Shown piece by piece: positions 28,001 through 40,000 of a DNA stretch of 64,000 nucleotides (the stretch's first letter is position 1; every line of letters begins with the position of its first letter). The notes beneath the pieces were generated by a model. The model worked only from the letters and a program-made list of their open reading frames with translations, had not been told where the DNA came from and made no database searches. The position numbers and the translations under genes are program-made. Location of the stretch: the NCBI RefSeq assembly GCF_031769215.1, contig NW_026782006.1, forward strand, positions 806,001 to 870,000, read 5' to 3'. This DNA comes from Ylistrum balloti. Taxonomy: Eukaryota.

Positions 28001-31000
28001 TGTTTCTACCTTAATTACCATACCTAATGTTTCTACCTTAATAACCATACTTAATGTTTCTACCTTAATTACCATACCTAATGTTTCTACCTTAATAAAC
28101 CTACCTAATGTTTCTACCTTAATTACCATACCTAATGTTTCTACCTTAATAACCATACCTTATATTTCTACCTTAATAAACTTATCTATTGTTTTTTCCT
28201 TGATATCCATACCTCATGTTTCTACCTTAATAACCATACTTAATGTTTCTACCTTAATTACCATACTTAATGTTTCTACCTTAATAACCATACCTATTGT
28301 TTCTACCTTAATTACCATACCTAATGTTTCTACCTTAATTACCATACCTAATGTTTCTACCTTATTAACCCTACCTAATGTTTCTACCTTAATAACCCTA
28401 ACTAATGTTTCTACCTTAATTACCATACCTATTGTTTCTACCTTACTAACCCTACCTAATGTTTCTACCTTAATAACCCTAACTAATGTTTCTACCTTAA
28501 TTACCATACCTAATGTTTCTACCTTACTAACCCTAACTAATGTTTCTACCTTAATTACCATACCTAATGTTTCTACCTTAATTACCATACCTCATGTTTC
28601 TACCTTAATTACCATACCTAATGTTTCTACCTTAATAACCCTAACTAATGTTTCTACCTTAATTACCATACCTATTGTTTCTACCTTAATTACCATACCT
28701 CATGTTTCTACCTTAATTACCATACCTAATGTTTCTACCTTAATTACCATACCTAATGTTTCTACCTTAATTACCATACCTAATGTTTCTACCTTAATTA
28801 CCATACCTAATGTTTCTACCTTAATTACCATACCTCATGTTTCTACCTTAATAACCATACCTAATGTTTCTACCTTAATATCCACACCTAATATTTCTAC
28901 CTTAATAAACTTATCTATTGTTTTTTCCTTAATATCCATACCTCATGTTTCTACCTTAATAACCATACTTAATGTTTCTACCTTAATAAACCTACCTAAT
29001 GTTTCTACCTTAATTACCATACCTAATGTTTCTACCTTAATAACTCTACCTAATGTTTCTACCTTAATTACCATACCTAATGTTTCTACCTTAATTACCA
29101 TACCTAATGTTTCTACCTTAATAAACCTACCTAATGTTTCTACCTTAATTACCATACCTCATGTTTCTACCTTAATAACCCTACCTAACGTTTTCTACCT
29201 TAATAACCCTACCTAACGTTTTCTACCTTAATAACCCTACCTAACGTTTCTACCTTAATTACCATACCTAATGTCTCTACTTTGATTACCATACCTAATG
29301 TTTTTACCTTAACAACCATACCTAATGTTTCTACCTTAATTACCATACCTAATGTTTCTACCTCAATTACCATACCTCATGTTTCTACCTTAATAACCCT
29401 ACCTAACGTTTTCTACCTTAATAACCCTACCTAACGTTTCTACCTTAATTACCATACCTAATGTCTCTACTTTGATTACCATACCTAATATTTTTACCTT
29501 AACAACCATACCTAATATTTCTATCTTGAACACTGCATCGGCGTACTGGTCACTGGCATCGATAGCGCGGATAGTGAATGTGTAGATGGCGTCTTCATCC
29601 GGAGGAATACCTTGGATACGCCAGGGATTGCTCGCTATACTTAGACCAGTGGGGAAATTTCCGGCCACAAGTTCAAACCTGACATCCTGACTCTCTGGGT
29701 CCTGTGAAGACAGGAATGATGTTCTCAAACTCAAAAAGTGAGCAAATTTACATATCAATTATCCCCATTTAAAGTTTTCGTGTACAGTATATACGTATGT
29801 AACCAAAAAGGTTTCACTTTCCCAACATAGATTTGAGTCGGGATAATGCCGTTTTTTCATTTCTGGAAAAAATATCCCTTGTTTCTATGGCTTGATGTAA
29901 GGACTACTGCCAAAAATCAATCTTTACATTGCTGATGTTGATATCGTTTACGTGTTATTATTGTCATTTTTTATCGTATATATATTCATTTAGAAAATTT
30001 AAATGACTTGCAGTTTAGTTACCAACACTTCCAGGGGAATCATTATGTTACTGGCACCCTCAAACGTCCCTGAGTACCCGACATGTCCGTGGAAGTGCCA
30101 AATGGGCGGCATATTGTTGATGATCACTGGAAACAGCTGATGAACATTAAGAACCAGACGTATGAGCTTTCTATTTGCCCATCTTTGATACTTTAATAAG
30201 TTAATGACGACATCAATGAATCCTTGTGAACTATCTAATTTGGTACCGTTTATCATTATTTCATACACTTTCGCCCTTGAATATATATACACTTCAAGTT
30301 TAATTAAATTGACTAAAGATGGATTGATGTGATGAAGTGATTAATGTTACCTCCTTAAACATCTACTTATAAAACCGTTCAAATATATATATAATGAAGA
30401 ATATATTAATTATATTGCAGAAGATAAAACAAGTAATGTCTATATAGTATAAACAGAGATATGTGTGACATGGCCGTGACTAGCACGGTAAGGCCAGAGA
30501 TATGTGTGACATGGCCGTGACTAGCACGGTACAGCCAGAGATATGTGTGACATGGCCGTGACTAGCACGGTTCAGACAGATATATGTGACATGGCCGTGA
30601 CTAGCACGGTACAGACAGATATATGTGTGACATGGCCGTGACTAGCACGGTACAGCCAGAGATATATGTGACATGGTCGTGACTAGCACGGTACAGGCAG
30701 ATATATGTGTGACACGGCCGTGACTAGCACGGTACAGACAGAGATATGTGACATGGCCGTGACTAGCACGGTACAGCCAGAGATATGTGTGACATGGCCG
30801 AGACTAGCACGGTTCAGCCAGATATATGTGTGACAAGGCCGTGACTAGCACGGTACAGCCAGAGATATGTGTGACATGGCCGTGACTAGCACGGTTCAGA
30901 CAGATATATGTGACATGGCCGTGACTAGCACGGTACAGCCAGAGATATGTGTGACATGGCCGTGACTAGCACGGTTCAGCCAGATATATGTGTGACATGG

Positions 31001-32809
31001 CCGTGACTAGCACGGTACAGCCAGAGATATTTGTGACATGGTCGTGACTAGCACGGTACAGACAGAGATATGTGTGACATGGTCGTGACTAGCACGGTAC
31101 AGCCAGATATATGTGTGACATGGCCGTGACTAGCACGGTACAGCCAGATGTATGTGTGACATGACCGTGACTACTACGGTACAGCCAGAGATATGTGTGA
31201 CATGGCCGTGACTAGCACGGTTCAGACAGATATATGTGTGACATGGCCGTGACTAGCACGGTACAGCCAGATATATGTGTGACATGGCCGTGACTAACAC
31301 GGTACAGCCAGAGATATGTGTGACATGGCCGTGACTAGCACGGTACAGCCAGATATATGTGTGACATGGTCGTGACTAGCACGGTAAGGCCAGAGATATG
31401 TGTGACATGGCCGTGACTAGCATGGTACAGACAGATATATGTGTGACATGGCCGTGACTAGCACGGTACAGCCAGAGATATATGTGACATGGCCGTGACT
31501 AGCACGGTATATACACTATTATCGTCATCAAATTATAAAATAAATGTACACAAGTCGCCATCCTATATTTTCAGAATGTCAGGCTCTGATGTTAGAATTC
31601 TGCCATCATTAACGCATTCGGAATAACAATTATCAGCTTTACTAGACCGAGTTCAGTAGTGGTATACCTACATCTATAATCTCCAACACATCATAGCCAT
31701 CAAATAGAACTGTCCCTGATCCGTTCTTCACTGGCTGGATGTGGATGTCCCCATTCTCTCCAGACTAAAAAAATAATTAAATGATAACCATTGGTGTAAG
31801 ATTACTTATATTACAATATGAATTGTCATGCTTTCTTTAAACAAAACTGATAATATCCTAATTTATTTGATAAAGTGATTTTATCAGGGTATACTCTTCG
31901 CTATATCAACTAAGATAAATTTTATCAATGTAGATATTCGTATGTTTCTATCCATGGCCATTTATTTGTACATCACATTGTCTTTTCAGCGTTTATCGTG
32001 ATAGACACTTTCATTGATCCAGAATTTCCCTTACCTGTCCCAAAAGAGTTCCATTATCCTGGGCTGCTATAGCTACGTTTGGAAAGTCCAACTGAAGCAC
32101 ACTAATCACAGCCGTTGTAATGATATCATTTAGACATAACACGTTTACAATGTTTAAGGTACATCTATTTTTGATATAATATAACATATAATTCAATAAT
32201 ATCTTATATTACATTAGAGTGTGATATGCTTATATTTGCATAACAGGAAACGGAAATGAGTTGTCTAAATATGGTTTGGAACAAAATGATGTCATTCCGG
32301 GTGTGTCTTCCGTCACGTGTCACACACCTATGGGAAGTCAAATTGTGTCCGGGGGATCGATACCGCAGCCATTTTGTTACTTGCCTATGCTGATAGATTG
32401 TTTATAAAAGAGGAAAGGCATACTGTGAAATAATTAAGAAATAACGATATCGGTTACTTAGCAAATCAAAGTTATTTTACCATGTTAATGATATAATTCA
32501 ATATTTTAAAATTTTGATATAAAAACGAATTTGCACGATGTATGTTATTTCAAATCACCGTTACATTGTTCCTCATGAAGGTCAAGATGTCTTCTTGCCA
32601 TCATGTTATATCGACATTCCCTATGACGTCATTTCCGCCTAGAAAATGTGTTACATAGTTGTATGTCAATGTCACGTCAGTGAGCTGAATCCGGATGTAT
32701 AAAATGATAAAAAAAAACATACTTACTCGCCCGGAGTCCCGGCAATGGCTAAAGTAATTATACATGAAAATATGTATGTAAGTCTTAGATTCAATGTCAT
32801 ATCCGCCAT
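25078..32809 (-). CDS. Paralogue C: secreted cubilin-NTD-like / He_PIG Ig-like / EGF / F5-8C protein, ~370 aa
   Basis: Exons 32809-32727, 32101-32035, 31764-31672, 30136-30023 (acceptor uncertain, see findings), 29701-29512, 27151-27032 (EGF), 26884-26717, 26242-26106, 25218-25078 (EARFVRIHP..PCFQVEMYGCWL*). Phases match the paralogues. Confidence 0.85.
27497..29525. repeat. 27-bp minisatellite (~75 copies) starting at the donor of C exon 5
   Basis: Unit ACCATACCTAATGTTTCTACCTTAATT/A, with a 351-bp higher-order duplication. Confidence 0.97.
30453..31508. repeat. ~41-bp minisatellite (~25 copies) with an internal inverted repeat, intron 3 of C
   Basis: Unit GATATGTGTGACATGGCCGTGACTAGCACGGTACAGCCAGA. 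Confidence 0.97.
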
Positions 32810-34063
32810 ATCGTTCGTCAGATCAAGCTGAAGCTGAACATGACCATTATACCTGCATAGTTGTGTAGGCAGTGGTGGCACCAGCAGTTATGTGTCGGCT
32901 CTGGAATGTAAACACCGTAACCTTCAATAGGATTTACCTGAATTTACCCCCATTTGTTTCAGTGCTGGCGCTTACTATCACTGATTCCTTCAAATGTTTT
33001 ATAAAAGTAATCACAACTCGAGATAAAGACCCAAAATCATAACAGTGTTCCTTTTCCTCTATATTTCTCCTCAAGTTAAACTCATCCTCATCACTCATGG
33101 TGCCGTCATGTCGCATAGAAGAGTATAATAAACAATTCTACTTCTTTCTTTAATCAAAGGTTAAACTTATACTATAATCAGCCGGTTTGTTCAAGTAGTG
33201 TAAAAGTTTTAGATATTTACAAAACCAACAGAGATGGATTGATACTCGGTTAAGTTAAAATAAATATACCTAGCAACAATGCTAGATTCTTATTAAATAA
33301 GGCTAGAGTAAACGATGACGGCACATCACAAATTTTACAAAGGAAGGAATACGTGTGGTTACTCAGTATCAGTCTGTAGAATAAGTCCTATAGCATCTGT
33401 ATTAAAGGGTACTTATAGAAACGAGTGGAGTAACAATTAGTTTATCACGGTAGAGCTGGATTTCAAACATTCAAAGCTGACTTACAGGGCATACCGATAT
33501 CAAAGGGTGACTGGACAAAGTCTGACAAATATGGGCGCAAACTTTGTAAGCATCGGTAGCAAATAGTAAATAGAATATCCTTTAGTAGATAAAAAATGGG
33601 GTTATGTTATCTGTTTACACGCATTTATAATCGTTACCTTTCATTCAACAGTGCCATTAATTTGGTTTAATCAGCAATATGATAAAAAAACAACAGAAAC
33701 TGATGAAACACCAGGCAAACAGAAAAACATGTCTAGTCACAGAACAAACAAGGAATCACGCTACGTGTAACGGACATCTAAAACCAGGAAGTTCCAACGC
33801 GAGGCCCTTGTTTATCTATGTCCGTCATTGCTGTGTGTCCGTTGTTAGGTTACGTAGAATCCGAAGCACGATACAGGTGTAAATGACGCCCATGGATTAA
33901 CCTGCTATAGAACGATAAATGGATCAAATCTTCTCTCAAACTTAGGTCACCACTTAGCGTTGCTATGATAACACTGAAATCGAGCAATTGCCTCCTCCGC
34001 CAAAACCTGCCTGGGTAACTGTCTAAAGAAACAGTTTCCGGTGACTTAAGAAAGAAATCCATC
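32810..34063. promoter_or_regulatory. Putative bidirectional promoter region between divergent genes C and D
   Basis: Inferred from divergent start codons 1255 bp apart. Confidence 0.5.
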
Positions 34064-37000
34064 ATGGCGGCATTGTATGCAGTATTCATTTTATTGCCAA
34101 CAATTGTCACATCCAGGTGAGAGAATATCTCAGAAAATATTCAATGTATCGTTCCTGATATTCGAATGGCGTTGTCTGGTTAAAATGTGACCTTTATTTT
34201 ACAGTTTTTTCCAAGTAAACTATCCAAACGTAAATATATCGTCGGAACCGAACGGGGATTTGATCTTTGAGGTAAGTCTTGTTGTTTGCATTTCCTTTCC
34301 AAAATTCAGTTCCTTTTTCATTTGGTTCGACATTAAAATGTTTATCTATTATCAACAAAGTGAAAAAGAAATAATTAAATGCCAGGGATATATTTTGAGT
34401 TTGTCTAAGCTGTTCTAACATTTGAATATTAATTCGATTTGAGGTCAGTAGCAAGTGTTTCTCTGCTCTGCTTGTCAAAATGTTTGACGAATATCTCTCT
34501 CCTGTTATTGCTATCAATAATTCAATACATATCTGCATTTTTATCTTAAATCGATGTGAAACTTTCAGGCTGGCAAAGGGGGCGATGTCATTCTAAAGCC
34601 TGGTGCTGGAGGAACTGTCTACATAGCTGGCAGAGACCTGAGAAAATTTATCCAGGCATGTTGATTATAAAACCTTATCTTATACTTGTATAGGGGCAAT
34701 ATAATTTATCTGATCATTAAATTATTGGTTTTATCATGGGAGTGGTATGGAAGTTCGATGCTGTGATATAAAGCTTAGCTCGATAGTTGAGAAAATGTAT
34801 GATATATTGGATGTGTAATTCGAAATCAAGTGCGTTAATACATATTTCATTTATTTTTTCAGTTTTTGAAATATTCAGCTACACTCTCTAATAAAATGTT
34901 CAACATTTTTATAAACTTTACATTTAATTCAATAAAATTATTGAACGGAGTAGAAATATCACATCCATGTTTATGCTATATACAGAAAGTGAAAAGCCTG
35001 CCTCCTATATGGACAAAGCAGTCAGTTCACGGGTCTTTGGGTACGTTCAGCTCCGGTAACTCCATCTCTGTATCAGTGGAGGCAAAGGTATGTTTTCATT
35101 CGTAAAGTGTTCGCTGCTGTAATACATCTTGTAGAAATATAATGGTCAATTTGTAAATGAGATACCTACAATTATACAAGTTTGAAAGTATATGTTGAAA
35201 GCTTAGCTCCTCTGGAAAGTTATTCAGTACAAAAATGTTACAAGAATATCGATGTCTAGCTGTTGAAATTGTATCTATTCAACAGACATACGATACATTA
35301 ATACAAACTTACATGTTTAAAATGTGACTTTTTTAACCGTGGAAGGACCCGGATGGTCAAAGCATTGTGTATGAATTGGTGTCGGGTCATCTTCCTCCCG
35401 GAACTACACTGAATAACGCCACCGGAGTGATCTCTGGAAGTGCTCCCGATGTGGATGCTACCTACCACTTTGAAATTCGCGCCACTGACGTTCACGGGAA
35501 ATATGCTGACGGGTCCTTCAGCATCAGTATCCGAGGTTTGTTTCAGTTAACTTGATACCAACACATCAGAGACATGTGACAAAGGAAGATTTCAATTTAA
35601 AATGAAAACGAAATAAACGATATACCTGAATGAAACATATAAACTGACTCTATATATAGAGTATCCCATTTCGTTTAAAATGAACCTTTTTCATTTGAAA
35701 AAAATACTGAGGAGTAGCATACATCATAACACAAAACGCATATGACGCAATGAAGTTTAGGTGTCATGATGTAAACAACGGGAACCTACAATCAATCACT
35801 GCTCCGCTCTGTACCTAATATTTAATCAAGTTATTGGCATCTTTACACTGATAGTAAGGTAGTCAGGTGATCTATTAACAAGTATCTTTACACTAATAGA
35901 ATGGTAGTTATATTATCAATTAGCAAGTATCTTTACACTGATAGTATGGTAGTTATGTTATCAATTAGCAGGTATCTTTACACTGATAGTATGGTAGTTA
36001 TGTTATCAATTAGCAGGTATCTTTACACTGATAGTATGGTAGTTATGTTATCAATTAGCAGGTATCTTTACACTGATAGTATGGTAGTTATGTTATCAAT
36101 TAGCAGGTATCTTTACACTGATAGTATGGTAGTTATGTTATCAATTAGCAGGTATCTTTACACTGATAGTATTGTAGTTATGTTATCAATTAGCAGGTAT
36201 CTTTACACTGATAGTATGGTAGTTATGTTATCAATTAGCAGGTATCTTTACACTGATAGTATGGTAGTTATGTTATCAATTAGCAGGTATCTTTACACTG
36301 ATAGTATGGTAGTTATGTTATCAATTAGCAGGTATCTTTACACTGATAGTATGGTAGTTATGTTATCAATTAGCAGGTATCTTTACACTGATAGTATGGT
36401 AGTTATGTTATCAATTAGCAGGGATAGTATTGTAGTTATGTTATCAATTAGCAGGTATCTTTACACTGATAGTATGGTAGTTATGTTATCAATTAGCAGG
36501 TATCTTTACACTGATAGTATTGTAGTTATGTTATCAATTAGCAGGGATAGTATTGTAGTTATGTTATCAATTAGCAGGTATCTTTACACTGATAGTATGG
36601 TAGTTATGTTATCAATTAGCAGGTATCTTTACACTGATAGTATGGTAGTTATGTTATCAATTAGCAGGTATCTTTACACTGATAGTATGGTAGTTATGTT
36701 ATCAATTAGCAGGTATCTTTACACTGATAGTATTGTAGTTATGTTATCAATTAGCAGGGATAGTATTGTAGTTATGTTATCAATTAGCAGGTATCTTTAC
36801 ACTGATAGTATGGTAGTTATGTTATCAATTAGCAGGTATCTTTACACTGATAGTATGGTAGTTATGTTATCAATTAGCAGGTATCTTTACACTGATAGTA
36901 TGGTAGTTATGTTATCAATTAGCAGGTATCTTTACACTGATAGTATTGTAGTTATGTTATCAATTAGCAGGTATCTTTACACTGATAGTATGGTAGTTAT

Positions 37001-40000
37001 GTTATCAATTAGCAGGTATCTTTACACTGATAGTATGGTAGTTATGTTATCAATTAGCAGGTATCTTTACACTGATAGTATGGTAGTTATGTTATCAATT
37101 AGCAGGTATCTTTACACTGATAGTATTGTAGTTATGTTATCAATTAGCAGGTATCTTTACACTGATAGTATTGTAGTTATGTTATCAATTAGCAGGTATC
37201 TTTACACTGATAGTATTGTAGTTATGTTATCAATTAGCAGGTATCTTTACACTGATAGTATGGTAGTTATGTTATCAATTAGCAGGTATCTTTACACTGA
37301 TAGTATGGTAGTTATGTTATCAATTAGCAGGTATCTTTACACTGATAGTATGGTAGTTATGTTATCAATTAGCAGGTATCTTTACACTGATAGTATTGTA
37401 GTCGTGTGAAAAATTCGATTAATTATGCCAATTAAGTTTTAAATCATTTGTCTCGTCAGCTGTTGTTTCATTAACCTTACAGAACAAGACCAGTGTAAAA
37501 GTAATCCGTGTGAACATGGTGGAACATGCACGGATAACCTAAATGACTTTTCCTGTAAATGTACCCAGGCCTATGGTGGAGATCGGTGTGAAACACGTGA
37601 GTTACACAGTCTCAAACTAATTTTTCGATAGTTCGTTTTTTCAGGTGATTTTTCCGCTGAATATCAAATTAAATACGTTAATTTTTTAGTATGCTCTATG
37701 AACGCCTTTGGTGTGGACCAGAACGTTAAACTTATTCCCGACGCCCAGATTTCGGCTCACTTAACTTACAGCACGTACAACGCCCACGATGGTCGCCTCA
37801 ACTCGAACTCAGGGTGGATAGGGAATGGATCTGGGTCTTACTTACAGGTACGTATTGCTGTGATTAGGTACAATAATTCACTATAGAGTACACAAATAAC
37901 ATATCATTTCTCGACTAGAAAGAAAATACGAGTGGATAGAAAATAAAGTAGTAAAGACGTATAAATGAAAACATAATAATAGGGATCAAGTTATAAGAAG
38001 GTAACAGCGCCAGATAATGATAAATTAACAGTTCTGCTAACTGTTGGACTAAATTTCTCGTGTGACTTTCAATAACGGTAAGAAATACAAACATTTCCCG
38101 AAACTATTTCACTACAAGCCGTTATAACATTTCCCCGCGAAACTATTTCACTACAAGTCGTTTCCCCACGAAACTATTTCACTACAAGCCGTTATAACAT
38201 TTCCCCGTGAAACTATATCACTACAAGCCGTTATAACATTTCCCCACGAAAATATTTCACTACAAGCCGTTATAACGTTTCCCCGGGAAATTATTTCACT
38301 ACAAGCCGTTATAACATTTCCCCACGAAACTATTTCACTGCAAGCCGTTATAACATTTCCCAATGAAACTATTTCACTACAAGCCGTTTTAATATTTCCC
38401 AATGAAACTATTTCACTACAAGCCGTTATAACATTTCCCCGCGAAACTATTTCACTACAAGCCGTTATAACATTTCCCCGCGAAACTATTTCACTACAAG
38501 CCGTTATAACATTTCCCCGCGAAACTATTTCACTACAAGCCGTTTCCCCACGAAACTATTTCACTACAAGCCGTTATAACATTTCCCCGCGAAACTATTT
38601 CACTACAAGCCGTTATAACATTTCCCCGTAAAACTATTTCACTACCAGCCGTTATAACATTTCCCCGCGAAACTATTTCACTACAAGCCGTTATAACATT
38701 TCCCAATGAAACTATTTCACTACAAGCCGTTTCCCCGTGAAATTATTTTACTACAAGCCGTTTTAATATTTCCCCGTGAAACTATTTCACTACAAGCCGT
38801 TATAACATTTCCCCACGAAACTATTTCACTACAAGCCGTTATAACATTTCCCCGCGAAACTATTTCACTACAAGCCGTTATAACATTTCCCCGTGAAACT
38901 ATTTCACTACCAGCCGTTATAACATTTCCCCGCGAAACTATTTCACTACAAGCCGTTATAACATTTCCCAATGAAACTATTTCACTACAAGCCGTTTCCC
39001 CGTGAAATTATTTTACTACAAGCCGTTTTAATATTTCCCCGCGAAACTATTTCACTACAAGCCGTTATAACATTTCCCCACGAAACTATTTCACTACAAG
39101 CCGTTATAACATTTCCCAATGAAACTATTTCACTACAAGCCGTTATAACATTTCCCCGCGAAACTATTTCACTACAAGCCGTTATAACATTTCCCCGTGA
39201 AATTATTTCACTACAAGCCGTGAAACTATTTCACTACAAGCCGTTATAACATTTCCCAATGAAACTATTTCACTACAAGCCGTTATAACATTTCCCCGCG
39301 AAACTATTTCACTACAAGCCGTTATAACATTTCCCCGTGAAACTATTTCACTACAAGCCGTTATAACATTTCCCCACGAAACTATTTCACTACAAGCCGT
39401 TATAACATTTCCCCGCGAAACTATTTCACTACAAGCCGTTATAACATTTCCCCACGAAACTATTTCACTACAAGCCGTTATAACATTTCCCCGGGAAATT
39501 ATTTCACTACAAGCCGTTATAACATTTCCCCGTGAAACTATTTCACTACAAGCCGTTATAACATTTCCCCGTGAAACTATTTCACTACAAGCCGTTATAA
39601 CATTTCCCAATGAAACTATTTCACTACAAGCCGAAACTATTTCACTACAAGCCGTTATAACATTTCCCCGTGAAACTATTTCACTACAAGCCGTTATAAC
39701 ATTTCCCAATGAAACTATTTCACTACAAGCCGTTATAACATTTCCCCGCGAAACTATTTCACTACAAGCCGTTATAACATTTCCCCACGAAACTATTTCA
39801 CTACAAGCCGTTATAACATTTCCCAATGAAACTATTTCACTACAAGCCGTTATAACATTTCCCCGCGAAACTATTTCACTACAAGCCGTTATAACATTTC
39901 CCCGTGAAACTATTTCACTACAAGCCGTTTCCCCACGAAACTATTTCACTACCAGCCGTTATAACATTTCCCCGCGAAACTATTTCACTACAAGCCGTTA

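Noticed and set aside
27498-29216. 572-aa ORF (TIPNVSTLI)n
   Set aside because: Translation of a 27-bp minisatellite, antisense within intron 5 of gene C; it is open only because the unit is a stop-free multiple of 3.
30453-31508. CRISPR-like appearance of palindromic repeats
   Set aside because: No unique spacers, units are directly tandem, the context is an intron of a eukaryotic gene, and there are no cas genes.
35901-37409. 502-aa ORF (DSMVVMLSISRYLYT)n
   Set aside because: Reads through the 45-bp array inside intron 5 of D; low complexity and no independent gene signals.
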